Part shown: piece after piece, positions 36,510-45,462 of the stretch
Numbering within the stretch: position 1 is the first letter of the stretch
How the letters are laid out: every line of letters starts with the position of its first letter
Assembly: GCA_041663005.1 (NCBI GenBank)
Contig: JBAZRK010000002.1
Location: forward strand, 128,740 to 192,739
Source of the DNA: Minisyncoccota bacterium
Lineage (GTDB): Bacteria > Patescibacteriota > Minisyncoccia > Phycocordibacterales > UBA9973
Length of the DNA stretch: 64,000 bases
Direction of reading: 5' to 3'
The notes under the pieces: model-generated
The model's database searches: none
What the model was told of the DNA's origin: nothing
The model's input: only the letters and a program-made list of their open reading frames with translations
Translations under genes and position numbers: made by a program

Positions 36510-37589
36510 ATGAGCATGGAAGAAGATATCCTTAAGAGAGATTTAAGTAAAGCAGAAACTCCAGAAGCGATTCAGGAGATTAAACAAAGCGCTGAGGATA
36601 TGGGAATAGATATTGAGAAGTTAGTTAATGAAAGACTCGCTGCTATTTCAACTAAAGCAGAAGTAGCAGAAACCACGACGCCTGGACAAGTCGCGCAGGT
36701 TGAAAGTATGGGCGGTTCTATGGACGAAATTGAAAAAAGAACTGAAGGGGTGGATCAAAAAATTGGGGAAGTAAAAGCCGAGGCGAGAGAAAGAATAGAA
36801 AAAGCTCAAGGAGAACAAAGTCCCGTAGAAGTTACTCAACAAAAAGAAAGTCCCGCAGACATTGCTTTGAAGCAAATTAGGGAGAAGTTGGATGCTGACA
36901 AAGATCTAAGGCAAAATAAAGTTGTAATTGACAATAAGCTCGTGGACATAGCAGAAATTACTGCTAATCCAGATTTAGTGAAACAAATAGATTGGACTCG
37001 CCCTGCCTCACTTAAAACAGCAGGGAGTCTTTTAGAGTCGGGAGTTGTTTCTTCTAAAGAAGTTCTTAAGGGTATAGCTAAACTCCAAATTACGGTCTTA
37101 GAAGATATCCCCATGGTTATCCTTAAAAGACTCAAAGAAGAGAATTCTTTGGATTTTACCCAAACCCTAGAGTCTATGATCGAGAAAAATAAAAGTGGTT
37201 TAAACGACTCACTTTTGGCGATAAGTTATGTTGCCAACATAGTTCGTATGCCAGGGTGGGGGGCGGCCACAAGCAAACTTGGTCTAAAAGACAACATTCT
37301 TAAAATTAGAGATAAATTTGTGGAGTCATCAAACAAAGATCCTGAAGCAATGATCAGAACAACAGAAGGGTTGCCGGCTCTTTTTGATGCTAGTGAAAGA
37401 AAGTTAGTAGAACGAGAAGATTTAATGCGTTGGTTAAAAGACGGGATGTCTTCGGAAGACATGAACATGCCAACCTTTCGTCTTTCAGTAAGAAAAATTC
37501 TTGATTTGGAAAGTAGGGGAAAAATTTCCACAGAAGAGGCGGAGGACATTATAAAAAATAACCCAAATTACCAAAAATATTTGGGTTAA
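36510..37589 (+). CDS. hypothetical charged helical protein
   Basis: 359 aa ORF, no motif recognised. Confidence 0.75.
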   Translation: MSMEEDILKRDLSKAETPEAIQEIKQSAEDMGIDIEKLVNERLAAISTKAEVAETTTPGQVAQVESMGGSMDEIEKRTEGVDQKIGEVKAEARERIEKAQGEQSPVEVTQQKESPADIALKQIREKLDADKDLRQNKVVIDNKLVDIAEITANPDLVKQIDWTRPASLKTAGSLLESGVVSSKEVLKGIAKLQITVLEDIPMVILKRLKEENSLDFTQTLESMIEKNKSGLNDSLLAISYVANIVRMPGWGAATSKLGLKDNILKIRDKFVESSNKDPEAMIRTTEGLPALFDASERKLVEREDLMRWLKDGMSSEDMNMPTFRLSVRKILDLESRGKISTEEAEDIIKNNPNYQKYLG

Positions 37590-37640
37590 GAATTTCCCCA
37601 AGTAAGACAGAGCATTAATTGCTGAGGTAGCTCATGAGTT

Positions 37641-37832
37641 ATGGCAAGACCTACAAATTCAATTAGAAAAATATCACGGGTGGGGAGGGCGAAGTCTTTT
37701 GCGGTGGTAATACCCGTGGAGGTAATGCGCTCGCTCGGCTGGCGCGAGAGGCAGAGAGTCGTGGTTAAAAGGGTAGCCCGCGGGATTTCTATCACGGATG
37801 CAAAAACTAAAAAGAAGAAAACACTCGCTTAG
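37641..37832 (+). CDS. AbrB/MazE/SpoVT family DNA-binding protein
   Basis: IRKISRVG..SFAVVIPVEVMRSLGW. Confidence 0.8.
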   Translation: MARPTNSIRKISRVGRAKSFAVVIPVEVMRSLGWRERQRVVVKRVARGISITDAKTKKKKTLA

Positions 37833-37865
37833 CACTTTTGGACGGCCGTCAAATATGATAAGAGG

Positions 37866-38333
37866 ATGAAAAAAGAAACAGTAGTAATCCTGCATAACAT
37901 TCGAAGCGTGGAGAATGTCGGAGCGATGTTTCGCACGGCTGATGCGGCGGGGGTAGATAAGATTTATCTCGTTGGCTATACTCCGGCCCCCCTTGATAGG
38001 TTTGGCAGGAAAAGAAATGATTTGCATAAATCTGCCCTAGGAGCAGAAGAATTTGTGGCTTGGGAGCAAGCAAAAACTATTTCTTCCCTTATTTCTAAAT
38101 TTAAAAAACAGGGTTTCCAAATTATTGCCATTGAGCAGGATGAAAAATCCGTAGATTACCGAAAAGTTAAAATGAAAAATAAAAATGCATTCATTATGGG
38201 GGCGGAAGTGGAAGGCATACCCAAGAATGTTCTAAAAAAGTGCGACGTCATTGCCGAAATTCCTATGCGAGGTAAGAAAGAATCCCTCAATGTTTCTGTA
38301 GCATTCGGCGTAGTCATGTTCAGGGTTTTGTAG
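37866..38333 (+). CDS. TrmH/SpoU family RNA methyltransferase
   Basis: NVGAMFRTAD, GAEVEG, IPMRG..ESLNVSVA. Confidence 0.93.
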   Translation: MKKETVVILHNIRSVENVGAMFRTADAAGVDKIYLVGYTPAPLDRFGRKRNDLHKSALGAEEFVAWEQAKTISSLISKFKKQGFQIIAIEQDEKSVDYRKVKMKNKNAFIMGAEVEGIPKNVLKKCDVIAEIPMRGKKESLNVSVAFGVVMFRVL

Positions 38334-38520
38334 TTTTTAAGTACGGATATTTTTTTACTAAAAAATTCCTCGTGCTCGCGCCGCCGCGCTCGCAAGCCTC
38401 AAAAACTACAAAACTCTTCCCAAAAAAGCCTTAGAACAAAGTTTTTAAGGGGTTTCGAAGCTGACGAGCTGAGAACTTCAGGATTTTTTAAGCTTCAAAA
38501 AATCCGTACCGGCTAAAACT
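38332..38520. repeat. about 190-bp long imperfect hairpin (MITE-like)
   Basis: Nested pairs GTACGGAT/ATCCGTAC, TAAAAAATTCCT/AGGATTTTTTA, GCTCG/CGAGC. Confidence 0.65.
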
Positions 38521-38534
38521 TTTGTTCTCAAGGC

Positions 38535-39443
38535 TTAGTGTTGGCATTTTGGGCAGAAAATTGTGGTGCGGCTTTGAATTATTATTTTCCTAAGTGGTGT
38601 TTTACAGCGGAAACATTTTTCTCCGCTTTTGCCATAAACCTTATGCTCGCGAGCGTAGTTGCCTTGGCTCATATCGAGGAGACGGTAGGTGGCTACTGAG
38701 GACCCGCCGACTTTTATGGCCTGTTTCATAATTCGGATTATAGCAGTATGCAAAATCGCGGCTTCTTTCTTAGAAATTAAATTTGTCTGGCGCTCTGGAC
38801 GAATGCCGGCTTCAAACAAGCTTTCATCAGCATAAATATTCCCCAGACCAGTTACAATTTTTTGATCCATCAAGACGGCCTTAATCTTACCTTTTTTGTT
38901 TTTTAGAGCTTCGTATAAATATTCTGCAGTAAATTTCTTATCGAAAGGCTCCAAGCCCAAAAGCGCAAAATGATTTTCTTTTTCAAATGCTGCGAGCGTA
39001 GGGTAGTAGAGCACGTAGCCGAACATTCTGGTGTCGTTGTAATAAAGCGTGCCTTTTTCAAGCTCAAAAATAATATGCGTGTGCTTGTTCGGCAATTCCT
39101 TTTCAGAAAGTTCTATCGGATGCCCTCCAATAACACTGTCAAGGGTGCCCCTTGACAGTGTGGGTCTGTAAGCAAACTGCCCGGACATCTTAAGGTGGGT
39201 TAGAATTATTTTATTTTCACTTAATCTAAAAATTAAATTTTTTGCCCGGCGTTCTACAGCAGTAATTCTTGCTCCCTTGAGCCCTAGCGCGAATTCTCGT
39301 GTCTTGCGAGCATCAGCTTTCCGAATTGTGCCCTTGCCAGACACGAGCTTGGGCTTATGGACTTCTATCCGTAACACTTTTTGTCCGACGATTGCTTTCT
39401 CTAAACCCCGCTTTAAATTTTCTACTTCTGGCAATTCCGGCAT
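38535..39443 (-). CDS. mutM: formamidopyrimidine-DNA glycosylase
   Basis: MPELPEVE, HLKMSG, GLGNIYADE, C-terminal Zn finger. Confidence 0.97.
   Translation of the reverse strand: MPELPEVENLKRGLEKAIVGQKVLRIEVHKPKLVSGKGTIRKADARKTREFALGLKGARITAVERRAKNLIFRLSENKIILTHLKMSGQFAYRPTLSRGTLDSVIGGHPIELSEKELPNKHTHIIFELEKGTLYYNDTRMFGYVLYYPTLAAFEKENHFALLGLEPFDKKFTAEYLYEALKNKKGKIKAVLMDQKIVTGLGNIYADESLFEAGIRPERQTNLISKKEAAILHTAIIRIMKQAIKVGGSSVATYRLLDMSQGNYAREHKVYGKSGEKCFRCKTPLRKIIIQSRTTIFCPKCQH
39133..39161. repeat. palindrome inside mutM (TLSRGTLDS)
   Basis: ACACTGTCAAGGG-TGC-CCCTTGACAGTGT, perfect 13-bp stem. Confidence 0.8.
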
Positions 39444-40009
39444 TATTTTCCTCCTAAAATTTTGAGAGCTTCGCGAATTTTAGCGTTAGTGTTGGATTCA
39501 GGAGAAGTTTGTTTCAAAGCTTCACGAGCTTCGTTTTGAGAATAGCCGAGAGATTTCAAAGCTTCCAGCGCATCGAGTTCGTCTTTTAATGAGCCGCCGT
39601 CTTTTTCTTCCCCGATTTTATCCCTCAACTCGATGACAATTTTCTCTGCTGTTTTTCTGCCGATGCCGGAAATTTTCGTAAGGTAGCTCGTGTCTCCAGT
39701 GCCTATGGCGCGACGCAATGTGTCGATGGAAGCAATTCCAAGTATTGCCAAGGCAGAGCGGGGGCCAATACCAGAAACATTCAAAAGCATTTCAAAGAAG
39801 TTCAAATCTTCCAAATTTAAAAATCCATATAAATCTAGTGCATCTTCGCGGACGTGAGTGTGAATAAAGAGAAAAATTTCGCCGTCAGCCTTTGGCGCTT
39901 TGGAAAGCACGTCAGGGGAGACGCTCACCTTATAACCCACCCCGCCGGCCTCTACAATTAAGAATTTATCAGTCTTTAAGACTATTTTCCCCCTTAAGCT
40001 TCCAATCAT
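39443..40009 (-). CDS. ruvA: Holliday junction branch migration protein RuvA
   Basis: MIGSLRG, GVGY, HVRED..LYGF, GIGPR, GIGRKTAE. Confidence 0.97.
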   Translation of the reverse strand: MIGSLRGKIVLKTDKFLIVEAGGVGYKVSVSPDVLSKAPKADGEIFLFIHTHVREDALDLYGFLNLEDLNFFEMLLNVSGIGPRSALAILGIASIDTLRRAIGTGDTSYLTKISGIGRKTAEKIVIELRDKIGEEKDGGSLKDELDALEALKSLGYSQNEAREALKQTSPESNTNAKIREALKILGGK

Positions 40010-40062
40010 AAGATAATCATATCATATTTGCCTTTTCGCGTCTTTTCTGGTAGATTACACCT

Positions 40063-40314
40063 ATGCCAATAACAAAATCAGCCAAAAAAGCAATCCGAGT
40101 ATCCGGCCGCAAGAAGGCTCAAAACGACCTCCGAAAGAAGGTAATGAAGGAGCTCGTTAAAAAGATAGAGAAATTAGCCAAAACAGACAAGGCGGCAGCA
40201 GCCAAGCTTCTCTCTAGCGCTTTCCAGTCCATAGACAAGAGCGCCAAGAAAGGAGTTATCAAGAAGAACAACGCCGCTCGCAAGAAATCCAGATTGTCTA
40301 AACTAGTTAAATAA
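40063..40314 (+). CDS. rpsT: 30S ribosomal protein S20
   Basis: MPITKSAKK, IDKSAKKGVIKKNNAARKKSRL. Confidence 0.97.
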   Translation: MPITKSAKKAIRVSGRKKAQNDLRKKVMKELVKKIEKLAKTDKAAAAKLLSSAFQSIDKSAKKGVIKKNNAARKKSRLSKLVK

Positions 40315-40346
40315 AAACAAAAAGCCCCTCGCGGGGCTTTTTGTTT
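40315..40346. terminator. bidirectional intrinsic terminator
   Basis: AAACAAAAAGCCCC-TCGC-GGGGCTTTTTGTTT. Confidence 0.85.
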
Positions 40347-40354
40347 GGTTGAGG

Positions 40355-40552
40355 TTACGCTCGTTGTACGTTCGTAGCATTCAATCCTTTTGGAGATTCC
40401 TCTGTTTCGAAAGAAACAGTATCACCTTCCTTGAGCTCGTCAAAAGTTACGCCAACTAGAGAGTTCGAGTGAAAGAATAAATCTTTCGCAAGGCCTTCTC
40501 CGGTTATGAAGCCGAAACCTTTATCAGTGAGCCTTTTTATAGTACCAGTCAT
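40355..40552 (-). CDS. cold-shock protein
   Basis: KGFGFI, DLFFH, KGLNATNV. Confidence 0.95.
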   Translation of the reverse strand: MTGTIKRLTDKGFGFITGEGLAKDLFFHSNSLVGVTFDELKEGDTVSFETEESPKGLNATNVQRA

Positions 40553-40641
40553 TGATTGTTTTGTTTAGATTTTTAAATACAAATAGATACACGCAAGAAA
40601 TCGACTCTAAATTACTCTTCTTCTACCTACTTTGTCTACTA

Positions 40642-40671
40642 AGTATAGCATATATGATCCTCATTTGTCAA
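40642..40671 (-). promoter_or_regulatory. sigma70-type promoter of cold-shock gene
   Basis: TTGACA-18 nt-TATACT with TG extension on minus strand. Confidence 0.65.
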
Positions 40672-40714
40672 GCGAATTGGCTATTTTGCCTTAAATAAGC
40701 TAATGTAAAACCTA

Positions 40715-42190
40715 ATGGATACAATAGTTAGATTTGATAAAGTCTCATTCGAATGGGGCGTAAATAAGCCTATTTTAGACGAGGTAAGCTTCAGTATTAA
40801 AAGAGGCACCAAGTTTACCTTGATGGGCCAGAATGGGGCTGGGAAAAGCACCATTTTTGGATTGATTTCTGGAACGAGCACCCCAGAGTCTGGGGTTATA
40901 AACGTGGTTAAGGGAGTAAGCATCGCTTCCGCTAGGCAAGTCATTCCGCGCGACGAGCTCGACCTTAGCGTCCGCGAATTTTTCGAAAAATGTTTCCTAA
41001 ATAAAACATCAGAAAAAGTTTATGATATTGATCCGCGGATTGATGAAATTTTAGAAGTTGTAAATTTGAGGGGCCACGAGAAAGTGCACGACAGGAAAAT
41101 TAAAAGTTTTTCTGGCGGACAGCAGGCGCGATTGCTCTTGGCCTCCGCCCTCATCCAAGACCCCGATTTATTACTCCTAGACGAGCCGACCAACAATCTA
41201 GACAAAGCTGGGATTGCACACCTTACGCAATATCTCAAAAATTATAAAAAAACAGTTCTAGTGATTTCTCACGATGCTGAATTCTTGAACGCCTTTACTG
41301 AAGGAGTGCTTTACTTGGATGTTTATACCAAAAAGATAGAACAATATGTTGGCAACTATTTCAACGTGGTGAAGGACATTACTGCCAGAGTTGAGAAAGA
41401 AAATATGAAGAATGCCCAGCTCGAGAAAGAAATTCAGGCCAAGAAAGACCAGGCGAACGTCTTCGCTCACAAGGGAGGACGGCTACGCCTCGTGGCCAGG
41501 CGAATGCGCGAGAAAGCGGAAGAGCTCGAAGGGGAGATTGTGGAAGTGCGCAAAGAAGATAAATCGATTCGGCCTTTCGTGATCCCTGCCCAGCCTGATT
41601 TAATCGGAGAGATTTTAAATATTTCCTCTTTTACTACAATGCAAAAAGGCAAAATAGTAAAACGCAAAGCGAGCGTATCTTTAAATAAAAATAAACACTT
41701 ACTTTTACAGGGCCCTAACGGCATCGGTAAAACTACTTTGCTTGAGAGGCTGGCGAGCGGCCACGCTGAAGGCGAGACGGTCAAAAGTGGCACCCGCATA
41801 GGGTACTACCGGCAGGATTTCTCGACGCTTAACTTTAACCACACGGTGTACGACTCTCTCGCGGAGGCAATGCTTGAAGGAGGGGAGAGACTGGACGAAG
41901 AGCGGATGCGAGCCATAGCAGCAGGATTCTTAATTACGGGAGAATTTATTCGTACTAAAATCGGCAGTCTGTCAGAAGGGCAGAAGGGCCTTGTAGCTTT
42001 CGCGCGACTGGTCCTTCAAAAGCCAGGATTGCTAATCCTGGACGAACCGACCAACCATATCAATTTCCGTCATTTACCGATAATTGCCAAAGCCCTCGAT
42101 GAGTACAAAGGGGCAATGATTTTGGTATCGCACGTACCCGAGTTCGTAAAACAAATTAGGATTGACGAAGTACTTGATCTAGAAAAGTAG
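40715..42190 (+). CDS. ABC-F family ATPase
   Basis: Two ABC domains (GQNGAGKS/FSGGQ/LDEPTN; GPNGIGKT/LSEGQ/LDEPTNH), no TM. Confidence 0.92.
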   Translation: MDTIVRFDKVSFEWGVNKPILDEVSFSIKRGTKFTLMGQNGAGKSTIFGLISGTSTPESGVINVVKGVSIASARQVIPRDELDLSVREFFEKCFLNKTSEKVYDIDPRIDEILEVVNLRGHEKVHDRKIKSFSGGQQARLLLASALIQDPDLLLLDEPTNNLDKAGIAHLTQYLKNYKKTVLVISHDAEFLNAFTEGVLYLDVYTKKIEQYVGNYFNVVKDITARVEKENMKNAQLEKEIQAKKDQANVFAHKGGRLRLVARRMREKAEELEGEIVEVRKEDKSIRPFVIPAQPDLIGEILNISSFTTMQKGKIVKRKASVSLNKNKHLLLQGPNGIGKTTLLERLASGHAEGETVKSGTRIGYYRQDFSTLNFNHTVYDSLAEAMLEGGERLDEERMRAIAAGFLITGEFIRTKIGSLSEGQKGLVAFARLVLQKPGLLILDEPTNHINFRHLPIIAKALDEYKGAMILVSHVPEFVKQIRIDEVLDLEK

Positions 42191-42827
42191 ATAATTCTTC
42201 GCCCTTAATTTCTCGTAAGCCTCCGGGCTTTAAGGTTCCAAGTTTGATATTCATTATTCTTTCACGTTTCAAGTCGGCAATTTCTTGGAAGAGCGCGGCG
42301 CACATTCTGCGAATTTGATGCTTCTTGCCTTCGGTAAGAATAATTTTGAAAGTAGAAGGAGCGATGACGTTCACTTTGCACTTTTTCGTAACATAACCCT
42401 CAATGTTCACCCCTTTCTCCATTTTCGCTTTGAAGCTTCCACGCAGCTTTTCTTTGGTTCGAACTACATATTCTTTTTCGTGAAAATATTTTGGATTTAA
42501 GAGTTGGTCAGTGATGCGTCCGTCGTTCGTGAGGATTAACAAACCGTGGGAATTCTTGTCGAGTCTGCCTAGGGGGAAGAGGTCACTCCGCGGAGAGTTG
42601 GTCTCCAGGCCTATCGGTTTATAGTAAGCGAAATAAGAATAGGCGTTGGGCTTCTGGCCTTTAATTTCCACTACGTCTGCTTCTTCTACTTTGCTCCCCA
42701 GTACGGCGAGCTTCTTGTTGATGAACACCTTCTTGTTTTTTATAAGCTCATCAGCCCCTCTCCTAGTTGAAATCTTTTTCAAGGCGAGGTATTTGTTGAT
42801 TCGCATCGGATATGTATTTTCGTCCAT
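42156..42827 (-). CDS. RsuA/RluF-family pseudouridine synthase
   Basis: S4 domain, GRLDKNSHGLLILTNDG, EGKKHQIRRM. Confidence 0.93.
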   Translation of the reverse strand: MDENTYPMRINKYLALKKISTRRGADELIKNKKVFINKKLAVLGSKVEEADVVEIKGQKPNAYSYFAYYKPIGLETNSPRSDLFPLGRLDKNSHGLLILTNDGRITDQLLNPKYFHEKEYVVRTKEKLRGSFKAKMEKGVNIEGYVTKKCKVNVIAPSTFKIILTEGKKHQIRRMCAALFQEIADLKRERIMNIKLGTLKPGGLREIKGEELSTFLDQVLRQS

Positions 42828-42906
42828 AAATTAAATATACCCCCACACCTATTTTTTCCCTAATGGGAATAGGTGTGGGGGTATACCACAGTTCTGTGTG
42901 TTTTTT

Positions 42907-45204
42907 TTAATGATGCTCTACCGTGGTTACGGTTTTCTTTGTAAATGGGTCGCCTCCGCTGACTAAATGTTTCGCCAAGAGGACAAGAAGCAAGATTAGA
43001 ATGATGAGGAGTAACCATCCGAAGAGACTGCCCGGCCAGAATGCACCGGAGAGGAAGGCCGCTGCTCCCAAAGATGTCCTCGTGTTTACAACTTCCTGAT
43101 CCGTATTCCAAACCTGGGCAGATACATTGGCGCTCACTGTCTGCGGATAACCGGCAGGGTCGATATAAGAAAGGGTTGCCGGGAAGTTGAGTAGAGCTCC
43201 TGGAGGGGCATCGTTACGAACGAGAACCCTTACTGTTACAGTGCCGGAGCCATTAGCTGCGAGTGTCCCCAAGTTAAAGATTAAAGTATTGCCGGAAATT
43301 ACAGGGTTGTTCGGAGTGGAGTATCGATAAACGACTTCGTACGGAAGGTCAAGCCTTAGTACCAAATTCTTTATCGAGCCGGTTCCTATGTTTTGATAAT
43401 TTACGGTGTAAGTTATCTCGTCTCCTGGTCGTGGGCGAGTGTTGTCGAGAGTAGGCACTATCGGCTGGTTGCGGTCGATTGAAGAGTTGATTACAACCAG
43501 TGAAGTTGCAGGTGGAGGCGTAGGACCGCCGGTTGTTGGGCGACGTACGGCTATGGTTACCGAGTCAGTATCGGAACCGAAATTGTTGAAACAAGTGAGT
43601 GTGAAGGTGCGAGAAGAAGAAAGGGAGCCGGTGTAGAACGAACCCGGGCCGATGCTCTTTACTCCCGCCCATCCTGCTGATCCGCCAGAAGCCTGGCAAG
43701 ATGTGGCGCCTACTGCGCTCCAGCGAACGAATGTTGCGCCGTTATAAGCAAGGCTCGTACTGTCTGCGTAAAGGATAACAGTCGGAGCGCTACCTGTAGG
43801 AACAGGTGTGAAATATCGGCAAGGCAGGGAACCGCCGTAGTTTAGCGCGCTAGTGTCGCGACACTCTCTGTTGGTGGTGTTATTGTTGTCGTCTGTTCGG
43901 AAAGATAGAACGCTACCATAGTCCGTGCCATATGCATTTCTAGCTACGGCGCGGAAATAGTAAACAGTGTCTTCTCGGAGTCCGTCAATTTGGTCATCGA
44001 AGTCATCTGTGCCGGAGCCAGTTGATATTTCATCTGTTTCTTCACCGTCACCATCTTCGACGTCGTTCCTGTCTCGTCCGTATTCAAACCAAACTCGAGT
44101 AGAAGAACCATTGCCGTCTACTTCTCCGCGGAGAGTAGCTTCTTCATCGTCAATATCTGTTGCGCTTCGAGTGGTGACGTCAGGCTTTTGATTGTCGCCA
44201 TCGTCGTTGCCACCAACGGTTACAGCTACGGAGTCAGTAGCTGACTGACCGCTGTTGTTGTAGCACCTGATAGTGTAATACTTGTTGACATATAAAGGTC
44301 CGACAACTTGGCTACCGCCGGAAGCGCTGACGCTACCTGACCAGTCGCCCGAAGCAGTACAGGAAGTTGCGTGTGCAACGGTCCATATCAAAGTAGTTAC
44401 GTCCCCGTAATCAATACTTGCATCGCTGGCGCGGAGATCAACGGTAGGGGCATCGTCTTGTGGTTGCCCAGTAACATTTACAGTTACAGAATCGCTTGCA
44501 GAGCCACCGCTACCGGTACAGGTAATGGTATAGCTTTTTGTGCTGGTTAAGCTTCCTGTGCTCTCGCTTCTGTTGCTGCCAGTTGCTTTGCTTCCTGACC
44601 ACGCACCAGATGCGGTACACGAAGTTGCGTTGGTTGAAGTCCATCGTAGAGTTGTGCTCTGTCCGTAGTCGAGGCTAGTATCATCTGCGGTAAGGTTTAC
44701 AGTAGGGGAATATGTTTGAGTGTATCGGCAAGGATAACCGGTGTGGTAATTATTTGCATCAGGGTCCTGACAAGTCTGAGTCGGCGTAGGATAATGACAG
44801 GGATACCCAGTGTGATAGTTGTCTGCGTCTGGGTCCTGACAAGTTTGAGTAACAGCATTTACGTACACTGTTGCTGTTCCTGTGCCGTACCCGCCATCAT
44901 TGTTGCTCATCGTGATGGTGTAAGTAGTTGTCTTGGAAGGGGAAACAGTTTTGCTTCCTGAAGGCGCAACAGAACCTATGCCCGGGCTTATGGAAATGCT
45001 GGTTGCGTTAAAAGAATTCCACTTGATCTGGGTGGATTCACCTTGGTCTATTGTGTCTGGGGTTGCGATTATTGAACCCGACACTAAAGTTTCGGCTCGA
45101 GCTTGCTGTGAGCTAATTCCGACTAATCCTAAAACAACTGCAAACAAGGCGAAAATAGCTAGTTTTGTGAAACTCTTTAGATATGGTGTTTTTTGGCCGT
45201 TCAT
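42907..45204 (-). CDS. large cell-surface protein with Ig-like repeats, FN3-like and DUF11-like domains, C-terminal TM
   Basis: Signal peptide; repeated W-S-NATSC-ASG-WSG...YTITC modules; PGDEITYTVNY; C-terminal hydrophobic anchor. Confidence 0.85.
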   Translation of the reverse strand: MNGQKTPYLKSFTKLAIFALFAVVLGLVGISSQQARAETLVSGSIIATPDTIDQGESTQIKWNSFNATSISISPGIGSVAPSGSKTVSPSKTTTYTITMSNNDGGYGTGTATVYVNAVTQTCQDPDADNYHTGYPCHYPTPTQTCQDPDANNYHTGYPCRYTQTYSPTVNLTADDTSLDYGQSTTLRWTSTNATSCTASGAWSGSKATGSNRSESTGSLTSTKSYTITCTGSGGSASDSVTVNVTGQPQDDAPTVDLRASDASIDYGDVTTLIWTVAHATSCTASGDWSGSVSASGGSQVVGPLYVNKYYTIRCYNNSGQSATDSVAVTVGGNDDGDNQKPDVTTRSATDIDDEEATLRGEVDGNGSSTRVWFEYGRDRNDVEDGDGEETDEISTGSGTDDFDDQIDGLREDTVYYFRAVARNAYGTDYGSVLSFRTDDNNNTTNRECRDTSALNYGGSLPCRYFTPVPTGSAPTVILYADSTSLAYNGATFVRWSAVGATSCQASGGSAGWAGVKSIGPGSFYTGSLSSSRTFTLTCFNNFGSDTDSVTIAVRRPTTGGPTPPPATSLVVINSSIDRNQPIVPTLDNTRPRPGDEITYTVNYQNIGTGSIKNLVLRLDLPYEVVYRYSTPNNPVISGNTLIFNLGTLAANGSGTVTVRVLVRNDAPPGALLNFPATLSYIDPAGYPQTVSANVSAQVWNTDQEVVNTRTSLGAAAFLSGAFWPGSLFGWLLLIILILLLVLLAKHLVSGGDPFTKKTVTTVEHH

Positions 45205-45390
45205 AATATTTATTGCTACTTATAATTTTCCCAAATAATTAATAAAAATTTTATATGCATATTGTATCATATTATAATTTAATGTCAATACCCTAACCCA
45301 TCTACCGACAAATGCCGTCCAAATCTCAAAACCATTACGTTGAGCTGGACTTTACTATAAAAAATTAAAAAATCAATATAAAAAGATAAA

Positions 45391-45421
45391 GGGGGGTCAT
45401 CGAGCGAACTCGACAACCCCC
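45391..45421 (-). terminator. terminator-like hairpin after GC-rich operon
   Basis: GGGGG...TCGAG/CTCGA...CCCCC followed on minus strand by T-rich tract. Confidence 0.55.
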
Positions 45422-45462
45422 AGCGATACTTCCGAAACTACAGAGATGTGAAAGAACAAGTC

